DNA of 64,000 nucleotides from a virus, in the IMG/VR virus record IMGVR_UViG_3300048625_000156, positions 1 to 64,000 of that record; one strand, written 5' to 3'. This document shows positions 8,479 through 17,216 of this stretch, piece by piece. Made by a program: the position numbers and the translations under genes. How positions within the stretch are numbered: the first letter of the stretch is position 1; each line of letters starts with the position of its first letter. Under the pieces are notes generated by a model, which worked only from the letters and a program-made list of their open reading frames with translations, made no database searches and was not told the DNA's origin.

Positions 8479-8717
8479 TATAGAATATTCCTATCATTAA
8501 TTAACCAGATAGTCTCACACATCTTACAGTCTTCATGTATTCCAGGACTTCTAAGGCTATGCCAATAAGGTTCTTGTAATAGTCGGATAATGCGTTTACG
8601 TTCTGCCTCAGCAGTCCAAGCATCATGTTTAGCCAGCCAAGTATCGAAGAACCATTCACTTTCTGCGTCATCGTCAGCATAAATTTTGCGTAGCGTTTCA
8701 GTGCTTAGTCCGCTCAC
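8478..8717 (-). CDS. ERxRIIxLL-family small protein
   Basis: GTG start inside the GGAGAGAACAAGTGA junction repeat. Confidence 0.65.
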   Translation of the reverse strand: MSGLSTETLRKIYADDDAESEWFFDTWLAKHDAWTAEAERKRIIRLLQEPYWHSLRSPGIHEDCKMCETIWLINDRNIL

Positions 8718-8833
8718 TTGTTCTCTCCATTGATAGTCCAAAATGGGTTAGTCAGCACCGAGCCATTACTAAGAACGGCAACTCCCGAATGGGTGAAGTC
8801 GTCATAGGTCGCTGTCAAGATTGTGTCGTTCAC
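8714..8833 (-). CDS. 39-aa protein ending GENK (not in ORF track)
   Basis: Bounded by two identical GGAGAGAACAAGTGA junctions. Confidence 0.55.
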   Translation of the reverse strand: MNDTILTATYDDFTHSGVAVLSNGSVLTNPFWTINGENK

Positions 8834-9009
8834 TTGTTCTCTCCCTTGATAAGAGCGATAAGGTTTGCTCGCTTTGCGTTGAAGTCTTTACTCCGACCAA
8901 ACGCCTTAGTAAACGCTTCACCATCTAGCAGTTTGATAATGCGTTCACGTTCTTCAGCTGTACCAGCAATCTTTCCAGCACCATAAGCAGAAATTGGGTT
9001 TACGCTCAT
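8830..9009 (-). CDS. ERxRIIxLL-family small protein (not in ORF track)
   Basis: MSVNPISAYGAGKIAGTAEERERIIKLLD...IALIKGENK. Confidence 0.7.
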   Translation of the reverse strand: MSVNPISAYGAGKIAGTAEERERIIKLLDGEAFTKAFGRSKDFNAKRANLIALIKGENK

Positions 9010-9254
9010 TTGTTCTCTCCCTCTAGTGGTGTTTCAAAATAGTCAAACTCTTGACCAGTTTGCTTCTTCTCCCCCTTGATAAGAGCGATAGCTTGTTCAT
9101 AAACAAACCAACTATCGTCAATCACGATTCGGAATTTATCACGCTCGGCTTCCAGCAGTTTGATAATGCGTTCCTGTTCTTCAACAGCACCATAAGCAAC
9201 ACAGTCAATACAACCTTTGTTGCCATCTGGTCTAGTGCAACGTTCGTGGCTCAT
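9006..9254 (-). CDS. ERxRIIxLL-family small protein
   Basis: EEQERIIKLLE...AIALIKGE...GENK. Confidence 0.7.
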   Translation of the reverse strand: MSHERCTRPDGNKGCIDCVAYGAVEEQERIIKLLEAERDKFRIVIDDSWFVYEQAIALIKGEKKQTGQEFDYFETPLEGENK

Positions 9255-9655
9255 TAGACTTCCTCCGCATAGTATGTTTCTTTTGTGCCATCATTCTGGA
9301 CGGTTATTGTATACCCCTCGTGAACGAGTTCGTGGATAGTCTTGTCCCTCTTGGTTTTAAATAACTTTGACTCAGCGTTCTTCTGCCACTCAATACCCCA
9401 GTCAGATCCTTCCTGAAAGCCTTCATCCTTGCCACTGTTAAAAGCATATACCTCAAGCTTATTAGCCTTACGCCACTTAAGAACAGGTCCACCACCAACA
9501 CAAGATTGTAGGTGGTCTCCAGTCATCTGTGCTTCAGGAATTTCACAATTGCAATCAACGAAAGTTCTATCAATTTCTTCCTCGTATTCCCCACAACAAT
9601 CAGCTTCTCCGCAACCCCATATAGTGTTGTCTTGTTTAACATAGTAAATTGTCAT
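9254..9655 (-). CDS. Cys-containing hypothetical protein
   Basis: ORF track, coupled. Confidence 0.65.
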   Translation of the reverse strand: MTIYYVKQDNTIWGCGEADCCGEYEEEIDRTFVDCNCEIPEAQMTGDHLQSCVGGGPVLKWRKANKLEVYAFNSGKDEGFQEGSDWGIEWQKNAESKLFKTKRDKTIHELVHEGYTITVQNDGTKETYYAEEV

Positions 9656-10053
9656 TTAAAATCATACTCCTTAATTTCTTGTACACAGTCAGCAAGAATG
9701 TCAAACCATTTAATTGCTGATAACTCTTTCATATTTGCTGATACACCACGAGCACAGTGCTTATACCATGTAATGATTAATCCTGATTCATAGTGTTCAA
9801 AGTTTGGTGGGCATCCATCTTCATGCTCTTTGATCTCACCATCACACCAGCAGTAGTAGCGATAGGCAAACTTAGTACCCTCGTAGTTTTGCTCATCGTT
9901 CCAGTCCTGAATCTTGGACTCTTCTAGAACCTGCTTAAGAATAACAAGTCCTTCGGTAGCCCAGTACGCTTCCTCAGCATAGAACTGGTTATTAGATAGC
10001 AGAATCTGCCCAAGTTCTGGCATATAGTTAGGCTCTTCTTTAAACATCGGCAT
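9652..10053 (-). CDS. Hypothetical protein
   Basis: YCWCDG...PNF...ITWYKH motif; start trimmed. Confidence 0.65.
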   Translation of the reverse strand: MPMFKEEPNYMPELGQILLSNNQFYAEEAYWATEGLVILKQVLEESKIQDWNDEQNYEGTKFAYRYYCWCDGEIKEHEDGCPPNFEHYESGLIITWYKHCARGVSANMKELSAIKWFDILADCVQEIKEYDFK

Positions 10054-10279
10054 CCTTAATAGCATTAAGAGACTTGCGGACCAATTCCTGTAGCATGTCT
10101 CCATAACGGTGCTTAACCTCAACAACGTCATCAGCATACCAATCTGGTTGCTCCCCTGGTTTACGAACTACAGTACGATAGGTATTGATTGAGTCTGGCT
10201 TTGCCTGTCCCTCAATACGACCAATGTGTAGGACATCGATGATGTGTCCATTAATACGCATTTCTACTTGTACTGGCAT
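10040..10279 (-). CDS. Hypothetical protein
   Basis: ORF track. Confidence 0.65.
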   Translation of the reverse strand: MPVQVEMRINGHIIDVLHIGRIEGQAKPDSINTYRTVVRKPGEQPDWYADDVVEVKHRYGDMLQELVRKSLNAIKDADV

Positions 10280-10464
10280 TAGAAGTTTCCAATGATAATA
10301 GAGATAGCAATGTCAAGTGCAAACGATCCTACCAGAGCTAACCCAAGTGCTCCAAGGATTCGACCAAAGGTAAATACCTTGACCAACTGATATACCCCCA
10401 TGTATGATATGGTAAAGACTGTTGTTAGGAATACTGGTGTAAGTACTGCTGCAATTGGGTTCAT
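10279..10464 (-). CDS. Small membrane protein
   Basis: Two hydrophobic segments; AAAGGA SD. Confidence 0.65.
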   Translation of the reverse strand: MNPIAAVLTPVFLTTVFTISYMGVYQLVKVFTFGRILGALGLALVGSFALDIAISIIIGNF

Positions 10465-10490
10465 AATGTTCCTTTGTTAGTTGTTATTCA

Positions 10491-10519
10491 ATTATACCTT
10501 CTACCGTCCGTTTTGTCAA
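10491..10519 (-). promoter_or_regulatory. Consensus SigA promoter
   Basis: TTGACA-N17-TATAAT on the minus strand. Confidence 0.8.
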
Positions 10520-10539
10520 GAATATGATACACTATATTT

Positions 10540-10659
10540 ATGGCAGCTAAAAAAGGCAAAGGCTCTGGAGTACGCAACTCAGATCGTCAAAATGGTAAGG
10601 GCAACAAGAAACGTCCTAAGATGTTTGACCCTTCTAAGCGTAGACTCGTAACCCTATAA
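10540..10659 (+). CDS. 39-aa basic leaderless peptide (not in ORF track)
   Basis: TGATACACT-N6-ATG; MAAKKGKGSGVRNSDRQNGKGNKKRPKMFDPSKRRLVTL. Confidence 0.65.
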   Translation: MAAKKGKGSGVRNSDRQNGKGNKKRPKMFDPSKRRLVTL

Positions 10660-10721
10660 CATTGACATTCAGCTCACTATGTGAGATAATTGATTGTAAA
10701 CACTAGTAGATAGGAAACCCT

Positions 10722-10898
10722 ATGAACCGTCCTGAAAGACGTAAGGTAGAGCGTCAGCTTGAGGCTCTTAGAAAGAAAGCAAAAGAAGATATGTACGAAT
10801 GGGCATTGAACCTTGGACATGAACCAACCCAGGTAGAGTTGGATGCCTGGAAGGCTGGATACATCTCTGGCGTTAACCGAGCAGCAGGAGTTAAATAA
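10722..10898 (+). CDS. Small hypothetical protein (not in ORF track)
   Basis: TTGACA-N17-GATAAT promoter at 10662, TAGGA SD; MNRPERRKVERQLEAL... Confidence 0.65.
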   Translation: MNRPERRKVERQLEALRKKAKEDMYEWALNLGHEPTQVELDAWKAGYISGVNRAAGVK

Positions 10899-11065
10899 TG
10901 GTTGAGGGACTTATTGTCTTTGGATCATTAGCAATTTTATCTGTGGTTGTTTGGTTTGTTGATAAAACTAAAAAAGCAAAAGATTATTACGACGGAGACT
11001 ATTGATGTCTTCAGTGTTTGGATGGTGTATCACAGGACACCACAAAGAATGTATAACAAAACTAC

Positions 11066-11284
11066 TTACAGATCAAAAGGCGTGTAGTTGTTCTTGTCAT
11101 ACTGATCCTGTGGGGTAGGATACTGCTCCTGGCAAGCATAGCAATAATGTGAGGGACGGAATACATTAGCGGAGGGAACTCCACCTAATACGATTTCGTC
11201 CCTTTTTGCTGCTTCAATCATATCCAGATTAGGATAACCATAGATTACTGGAGCCATTGGGATTGTGCATAGTGGACACTTCAT
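11066..11284 (-). CDS. Zn-ribbon hypothetical protein
   Basis: CPLC...IYGYP...LGG...CYAC; leaderless TATACT-N6-ATG. Confidence 0.7.
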   Translation of the reverse strand: MKCPLCTIPMAPVIYGYPNLDMIEAAKRDEIVLGGVPSANVFRPSHYCYACQEQYPTPQDQYDKNNYTPFDL

Positions 11285-11313
11285 GCTTTAAGTATACCAT
11301 GTATAATGGTACT

Positions 11314-11547
11314 ATGTCTTACCACGAAGAGCTTGAGATCAACATTGAAAAGATTAAGAAGAATGTTGACGTGAGCATCTACGATCTTGAACATCTATCA
11401 GCCATGCGTGAGCGTGTAAGACTATTTAACCACATCAGGGACCTTATACAGCAAAAAGACTCCCACAACGATATTGTCGCTGCAGAAGTCCTTGCTTGGG
11501 CTTTGGGTGAATTAGCCTCTAGCCCCTACGGTGCTCAGGATATTTAA
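11314..11547 (+). CDS. Hypothetical protein
   Basis: Leaderless TATAAT-N6-ATG at 11314. Confidence 0.65.
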   Translation: MSYHEELEINIEKIKKNVDVSIYDLEHLSAMRERVRLFNHIRDLIQQKDSHNDIVAAEVLAWALGELASSPYGAQDI

Positions 11548-12499
11548 GCTTTTGTAGCTTTTCCTCAAGATCCAGGAGCTGTTCTTTAAACGCCGATGTG
11601 ACTTCTTTCGCTCTCTTCTTAGCAGCCCTAGAGTGTTTGTCATATACCTTTTCATCATCAAGACTTCTGATAGCCTCTACATACCCTGCTACATCGTCAT
11701 GCTCTACAAAGATGCCAGAAGTCCCCAGCGACTCTCTTAAGCCAGGAGTTGGTGCTGCAATACATGGAATGCCACTACAGGCTGCTTCCATACCAACACG
11801 ACCCCAAGACTCATACGATGATGGCATCAGAACAATACCAGTCTTGGCATAGATTCCTCTCACATCGGGTCCGTTCTCCACAATGGTTACGTTTGGTAGT
11901 TTCTTGTCGTAGCCAATCTGCTCACCATAAGCACCCCTGACTCCGATGAACTTTCTGTCTGGAAAGATCCTAGCCAACTGCCAAAAGATTTTTCCGCCCT
12001 TAGCCTCATTCATATTGAGAAGAGCGATTGCTTCCTTGTTAGTTTTAACAGTGTAGTAGTCTGGATCTGTTGGTGGGTAAACAATGGTTGTTGGAATGTC
12101 TTTACGAACAGTCTTCATGATCCACTCAGAGTTTGCAATAGCCAGATGTGCAGTAGTCTTATCAATGTTGTTATAATCTAATTGCTTATCGTTGTGTACT
12201 AGGTGTACGAGTGGCTTACGCAATGCCCTGGAAAATCTAACAGCCTTCTTGGTAAAGTCAAGATGTGTAAAGATGATGTCTGACCACTCAAGTGCCTTGA
12301 TTGCTCTCTCGTCATTGGCATCGATTATCTCAATACCCTCGTATGACTTGGCTCCTGGCTCTCTGGTAATGACCTTGACCTGATGACCAAGACCAACAAG
12401 ACCAACAAGGATTTGGTGAATCATTACCTCTGCCCCTGCATTGTGATTTGGTAGGTAGCCATGTACATAGGCTACGATGTGCATTTCTTGCTTATCCAT
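11519..12499 (-). CDS. Glycosyltransferase family 4 (GT-B)
   Basis: GAE N-terminal motif, KGG, PSSYESWGRVGMEAACSGIP; start trimmed to avoid tRNA-Arg. Confidence 0.9.
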   Translation of the reverse strand: MDKQEMHIVAYVHGYLPNHNAGAEVMIHQILVGLVGLGHQVKVITREPGAKSYEGIEIIDANDERAIKALEWSDIIFTHLDFTKKAVRFSRALRKPLVHLVHNDKQLDYNNIDKTTAHLAIANSEWIMKTVRKDIPTTIVYPPTDPDYYTVKTNKEAIALLNMNEAKGGKIFWQLARIFPDRKFIGVRGAYGEQIGYDKKLPNVTIVENGPDVRGIYAKTGIVLMPSSYESWGRVGMEAACSGIPCIAAPTPGLRESLGTSGIFVEHDDVAGYVEAIRSLDDEKVYDKHSRAAKKRAKEVTSAFKEQLLDLEEKLQKLKYPEHRRG

Positions 12500-12529
12500 T
12501 TTACTCTTTTCTGTATATATAAATTGTAG

Positions 12530-12602
12530 CACCCCTAGTAGGATTCGAACCCACGGCACACAGGGTAGAAACCTGTTGCTCTATCCACTGAGCTATAGGG
12601 GC
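12530..12602 (-). tRNA. tRNA-Arg(UCU)
   Basis: Cloverleaf, anticodon stem ACAGG/CCTGT, GGTTCGAATCC T-arm. Confidence 0.9.
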
Positions 12603-12607
12603 AATTC

Positions 12608-13147
12608 TTAATGCTGCATGAAGTAATCTAGCGTGGTAAAGAGGTCATCCTTAGATCCAAGATTAGTAACTATCTTATCAAATACATGATTGTCTAGTGC
12701 TGTTTCTGATGGGTGAGCATTGACTGCTGACACTCCCAGCTTTTCAACACGCCAGACTTGACCACCAGCCAATTTGATAGCATCGTACTCATTTGGGAAT
12801 CGAACATCTGTAAAGACAACATTCTCAGATTCAGAAGCCTTACGCATTGCCAGCTTTACCCAGAAGTCCTGATCCCACATCTCACGAGCAACCTCAGTAC
12901 CAAAACGCTGAAGAAGTCCACGAACTTGCGGTGAGGTCTGTTTAAGAAACTCCCACCCCATAGGAATCAGCTGTGACAGATTGGCTTGTGGAAGCTCTGG
13001 GATATCAGTGATGTGTGGATTTAGCTTTAGCAGTGCTTCACGAATTGGATCAGCAAAGGCGATACGAGTATAGCCATAGTGCTCCACTAGGTGCTGAGCA
13101 ATTGTATCTTTACCTGTTTGTGCATATCCACTTAGTCCAATAATCAT
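12608..13147 (-). CDS. Deoxynucleoside monophosphate kinase
   Basis: IIGLSGYAQTGKDT, FADP, LQRFGTE, DVRFPNE, HPSE. Confidence 0.9.
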   Translation of the reverse strand: MIIGLSGYAQTGKDTIAQHLVEHYGYTRIAFADPIREALLKLNPHITDIPELPQANLSQLIPMGWEFLKQTSPQVRGLLQRFGTEVAREMWDQDFWVKLAMRKASESENVVFTDVRFPNEYDAIKLAGGQVWRVEKLGVSAVNAHPSETALDNHVFDKIVTNLGSKDDLFTTLDYFMQH

Positions 13148-13833
13148 TTGTGCAACGCCTTAAAGGTTTGTGGAAATGCTTCATGAGACAGATCCTTTAC
13201 AGCCAGAGCATACTGCTGAATTTCCCACTGTGCATCGTGCTCTAGTCGCTGCTCAAGGAATGTCATAGCTCCCTGTAGGGATACTGTCCAACGCCAGCGT
13301 ACATACATTGCGTATGCTGGTAGGAACAAACGTGCCTCTTCTGGTGCAATACCATCATTCATTGCTTCATGGTATAACCGTACACCTTCTGTAATAGTAT
13401 CATTAAGCTTATTGGTATAGTAGAAGCCACTGCTTGCATGGATTGGTTCCCCACTACCCTGCTTGCTATTAGCTGGCTTGCTACGCCATGATGATGCACT
13501 AGGAACATAGAACTCCTCGTCCTCTGTGATGTAACGACGTGAGCTTTCGTTCCAGCCGTTCTGGTCGTCTACATGTGTGCTTGAGACTGCGTACTTCCAC
13601 CATTGACGAGCAACGAATAGCGGTGCGTAGACCTCAAAGGTGAGTGCTGCATGGCGAAAGGGCGACGTGTGTCCCTCACGGATGAGAAAACTAATGAGAC
13701 GTTCATCCTTTTCGCTAAACTCAGATGTCTCTTTATCGTAACTAACACGAGCAGCATTAACAACAGATAGGTCATCCCCAAGAGTGTCAACAAGTCGTAC
13801 ATATCCCTTATCAAGAACGTCAATCTTACTCAT
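13144..13833 (-). CDS. thyX: FAD-dependent thymidylate synthase
   Basis: NAARVSY, H.SPF, NESSRRY, EEARLFLP, AQWEI. Confidence 0.92.
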   Translation of the reverse strand: MSKIDVLDKGYVRLVDTLGDDLSVVNAARVSYDKETSEFSEKDERLISFLIREGHTSPFRHAALTFEVYAPLFVARQWWKYAVSSTHVDDQNGWNESSRRYITEDEEFYVPSASSWRSKPANSKQGSGEPIHASSGFYYTNKLNDTITEGVRLYHEAMNDGIAPEEARLFLPAYAMYVRWRWTVSLQGAMTFLEQRLEHDAQWEIQQYALAVKDLSHEAFPQTFKALHK

Positions 13834-14062
13834 TGCCTGAGACCTGCTTGAGGACCATGTTGGGCTGATGACCCTCTTCTTTGCGGTCAGCCCAGTTCTC
13901 GTAGGCTACTGCTGACAACACTCCGTCTTCTTCTAGCATGACGTTTGCCGATACTAAAAGACTAATTAGTTTTGCTTGCTCTTGCTGAGCAATAAGCGAT
14001 ACTAGCGTGGTAGCATCAATGTTGTAGTTATTCACTACTGGTTGTTGTGTGTCCTTCGACAT
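13826..14062 (-). CDS. Hypothetical protein
   Basis: AAGGAGA SD before ATG 14062. Confidence 0.6.
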   Translation of the reverse strand: MSKDTQQPVVNNYNIDATTLVSLIAQQEQAKLISLLVSANVMLEEDGVLSAVAYENWADRKEEGHQPNMVLKQVSGNE

Positions 14063-14258
14063 TAGATTTCTCCTTGTTTTTGATTGTTGCAATTGCCATC
14101 TTGAATCCCTTGCATTTTTCGCAAGTGTACCAGGCTGGGCAAGTTACATGTGATTGAAGCAGAGCAATGATTTCTTCCTCTACTTGTGTTTGCATTCTAG
14201 AATTGTTATACTTCTGCATGTCTGCCCAGAATAATTTTGCATATGAGTCTTGGTTCAT
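14028..14258 (-). CDS. Hypothetical protein
   Basis: ORF track; TAATG coupling. Confidence 0.55.
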   Translation of the reverse strand: MNQDSYAKLFWADMQKYNNSRMQTQVEEEIIALLQSHVTCPAWYTCEKCKGFKMAIATIKNKEKSNVEGHTTTSSE

Positions 14259-14539
14259 TACACTATCGCCAGGATGTCCCTAGAAAAGATCGTCATGTAC
14301 TCTTCGCCATTGTGCTCAAAGTTCTGAACAGCCATTGGTGTGTAGACTACACGGTCTCCAACAGCTACGTCAGGCTCTAGGCGTACCCCAGATGGCAATA
14401 CACGACCTGGACCTACTGCAACTACTTCTGCTATGTTTGTCTTTTGTTTTGAGCCAGCCAAGATTAGACCAGAGTTCGATACCTGATCCTCTTCTTTCTC
14501 AACCTTAAGAATGACCCTATCTTCTAGTGGGGTGAACAT
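14258..14539 (-). CDS. groES: Co-chaperonin GroES (Cpn10)
   Basis: PLEDRV...SGLIL...VVAVGPGR...VAVGDRV...DILAIV. Confidence 0.92.
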   Translation of the reverse strand: MFTPLEDRVILKVEKEEDQVSNSGLILAGSKQKTNIAEVVAVGPGRVLPSGVRLEPDVAVGDRVVYTPMAVQNFEHNGEEYMTIFSRDILAIV

Positions 14540-14763
14540 TAGTACCCATCTTTCTGGTGCTTTACACCGTGCTTGTCGTCAATGTACTTGTGTACCTTGC
14601 GGAACGCTACAAAGCGTCCAATTAAAAATGCTACTCCGAACTCAACCAGTCCCCAGAATAATTCTGAGGCAACGTGGGCTGGTCCGAACATAACTTCAAG
14701 TAACTCTTCAGTGTGCATGTCTCTCCTATGCTTTGTTATATACCTATTATACAGGAACTATGC

Positions 14764-15462
14764 TTAAAGGTCAAGTTCGTATTGAGATTTTTCTGAGAAC
14801 ATTACCGCCAAAAGATCTTCTCTTAGCTGCTCAAAGGATACGTCTTCGGATGATAGATACTCTGTGTATTCATCTTGGTAATCAAAAGATATTGCCTGTA
14901 GCTTTGGGTTGCTATACACCTTAACGTCTCGTCTTTCGTACCCACCCACGCCGTAAACATTGCCATACCCTGATCGATATAATTGATAGCGTCCAATGAT
15001 CTTGGCAAGTTTCTCTTTGTTAAATACCATTGGAACGTGTAACTCATAGTTAAGAGGATTTTTAATCTTATCGTGTACCCAGAGTTGATGTGCTGTTGCA
15101 AAGTGTTTATTTACATAGTCTTGACCACCATAGCCATTGTCTTTTCTCCATTTACCCACGGACTCTAGGACATCCCAATAGAAGTAGTCAACACTATCTA
15201 CATAATCAACGATAAAAAAGTCGTCGTTCATTAGGATGAAGTCGTCTGAGATTTCTGGACAATCGATAATAGCCCTTAGATTGTTCCACACCTGGAAGTA
15301 CTGTGAGTTGGCTAGATTTGAATAAAGGAAGTTGCCACCGTACCAGTCTGGCTTGTCACCTACAACCCACAAACTATCGTGAGCAAGGTTTTTTACAACT
15401 GATCGGATGGAGTATCGAAGCTCTTCGTTGTCTCCTGGTCTACAAATATAAACGACATCCAT
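14764..15462 (-). CDS. Stealth-like sugar-phosphotransferase / glycosyltransferase
   Basis: EELRYSIRS and FILMNDDFF motifs, ELHVP. Confidence 0.65.
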   Translation of the reverse strand: MDVVYICRPGDNEELRYSIRSVVKNLAHDSLWVVGDKPDWYGGNFLYSNLANSQYFQVWNNLRAIIDCPEISDDFILMNDDFFIVDYVDSVDYFYWDVLESVGKWRKDNGYGGQDYVNKHFATAHQLWVHDKIKNPLNYELHVPMVFNKEKLAKIIGRYQLYRSGYGNVYGVGGYERRDVKVYSNPKLQAISFDYQDEYTEYLSSEDVSFEQLREDLLAVMFSEKSQYELDL

Positions 15463-15463
15463 A

Positions 15464-15796
15464 CTATTGCTTTGTTTGACAGATTTTGCACATAAGATTT
15501 AGGCACTTGGGACTTGAAGGTGTGCAGTCTTTTCCTTCAAATGCTGATCCAGCCCAAATGTCTTCGGACTTAGTTCCCATCGATCCCCCTGGACCACCAG
15601 AAGAGATTGCCCCTGCCGATCCTGTAGCGTCCCCTGAACGCCCTCTGCCATTAATCTTTGGCTTCTTTGCATAAGAACTTTTAATTTTACCACCTGTAGC
15701 CTTGCCACCCTGCTGTGGACGCTTAATGCCCACACCTGGATACGTTGAATTGGTTGTAGACGATGGCTGTGCTGGAGTGATTGGTGAGTCTGGCAT
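15464..15796 (-). CDS. Low-complexity Gly/Ser/Lys-rich hypothetical protein
   Basis: ORF coupled to dps by TAATG. Confidence 0.55.
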   Translation of the reverse strand: MPDSPITPAQPSSTTNSTYPGVGIKRPQQGGKATGGKIKSSYAKKPKINGRGRSGDATGSAGAISSGGPGGSMGTKSEDIWAGSAFEGKDCTPSSPKCLNLMCKICQTKQ

Positions 15797-16239
15797 TAGT
15801 CTTCTACCTCAATGCTTGCACGAATCTGCCAGCAGAACTTCTGAGAGGCTGTCTGACGGTCTGCAAGGAAGTTCGCTAGACCAAACTCATTGTTGGCATT
15901 GGCAAGGTTACCAGCTTCTACAAGCTTTGCAATGTGAATCTCAATCTCATTGTAAAGATCAACAAGCATTGGCTGTGGGTCTCCCACGATTACAGACTCT
16001 CCAACGGTTGATCCGTCAAAGAAGTCGGTTAGTCTGTATGGTGCATAAACCTTTAGCATTCTAAGCCACTCTGCATAGGTGTCTGTAGCTTCATCATAGT
16101 TTGCGTAGATATCACCAAAGAATTCGTGGAATTGCTGAAAGTCGTCAGACTCTACGTTCCAGTGATATCCGTGGGCTTTCATTCCTAGTGCAACGTTGTC
16201 TGCTAGGAGTGTTCTTAGTTGTGCGAGTAGTTGTTCCAT
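15796..16239 (-). CDS. dps: Dps / ferritin-like DNA protection protein
   Basis: KAHGYHWNVE..DF.QFHEFF..IY......D..AE. Confidence 0.88.
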   Translation of the reverse strand: MEQLLAQLRTLLADNVALGMKAHGYHWNVESDDFQQFHEFFGDIYANYDEATDTYAEWLRMLKVYAPYRLTDFFDGSTVGESVIVGDPQPMLVDLYNEIEIHIAKLVEAGNLANANNEFGLANFLADRQTASQKFCWQIRASIEVED

Positions 16240-16269
16240 AATCCTATTCTATCATATAAAAGGGTAAAA

Positions 16270-16297
16270 GGACAGTTTCTCATCATGTCCAGGATGT
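16270..16297 (-). ncRNA. 28-nt H-type pseudoknot motif, copy 3
   Basis: ACATC-CT-GGACA-T-GATGA-GAAAC-TGTCC followed by TTTT. Confidence 0.55.
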
Positions 16298-16348
16298 TTT
16301 CCCAAGGTAGCGTCCATTGCGGAAAATCTACTTATTGGTTCTATTATA

Positions 16349-16615
16349 CTACTTTTTAGTAGTGGGCTTCTTAGCTACTGGAGCCTTTTTTGGTGTAGCC
16401 TTTGTGAGTGCTTCCTTGACTTCTTCAGCCTTTGGAGTTACCCCGAATCCTGCATCGTTAGGATTGATGTATCGGATTAGAACTGGTGCAACTGCTGCTA
16501 CCAAAGACCACAAAAGGTCAAGTGGGTCAGTTACCCCAGCTAGGTATAAAGCCGATGCTGCTGCTAGAACGCTACGAAGATACGAAGCGATCATTGCCTT
16601 TGTCTTGTTACTCAT
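16349..16615 (-). CDS. Holin-like small membrane protein
   Basis: SYLRS.LAA...PVLIRYINPND..FG with two TM segments and a basic tail. Confidence 0.6.
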   Translation of the reverse strand: MSNKTKAMIASYLRSVLAAASALYLAGVTDPLDLLWSLVAAVAPVLIRYINPNDAGFGVTPKAEEVKEALTKATPKKAPVAKKPTTKK

Positions 16616-16992
16616 TTTTTTTCTCCTTGTTGTTCTGGAAGGAATGCAAATAGTTTTATTAATGACTCTTCGCTTACTTTTCCAAAGGATGCAGACGTTT
16701 TGACTGCACCTATTGCTTGCTGGACATTTTCGATATATTCAAAAGCCCAGTCCCTTGATTCAGATAGGAACTTGATGAACCCATCTGTCTTTTCAATTGA
16801 TGTTGCTTGTCTTGCGTCTACTTCAGACTCAAGCTTTTTTGACAGAACCACCCTATCTAGCATGGACTGCTGCAACTCTCTTGAAAGTTTTTTATTCTTA
16901 ATTGATAGCGACATGACTAAGTATGATAACACACCAATCACTAGTAACACTACAATAAAGATAGATAAATTAATTAGATTCACCAGATTCAT
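16612..16992 (-). CDS. Membrane-anchored coiled-coil protein
   Basis: N-terminal TM; FIKFLSESRDWAFEYIE. Confidence 0.7.
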   Translation of the reverse strand: MNLVNLINLSIFIVVLLVIGVLSYLVMSLSIKNKKLSRELQQSMLDRVVLSKKLESEVDARQATSIEKTDGFIKFLSESRDWAFEYIENVQQAIGAVKTSASFGKVSEESLIKLFAFLPEQQGEKK

Positions 16993-17215
16993 ACACCTCT
17001 CGTACTACCAGGACCATGGCTCCGAGATCTTCAAGAGCTTTCTTTACGTCCAGGATATATTGTACAATGGTTTGACCTGCTGCTTCATCCAAACCAACCA
17101 GAGAGGCTGGGTCAACCATAATGGTAATGAACTGGTCATTGTCATATAGGTCTACAGCAAATCCTTCTGGAGGAGTGATAGCGTGAAACGCTTTTGCCAT
17201 TTCTTCTGTATACAT
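16970..17215 (-). CDS. Hypothetical protein
   Basis: ORF track. Confidence 0.7.
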   Translation of the reverse strand: MYTEEMAKAFHAITPPEGFAVDLYDNDQFITIMVDPASLVGLDEAAGQTIVQYILDVKKALEDLGAMVLVVREVYESGESN

Positions 17216-17216
17216 G

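Noticed and set aside
12500-12559. N-terminal extension of the glycosyltransferase ORF
   Set aside because: Overlaps tRNA-Arg(UCU); the true start is likely ATG 12499
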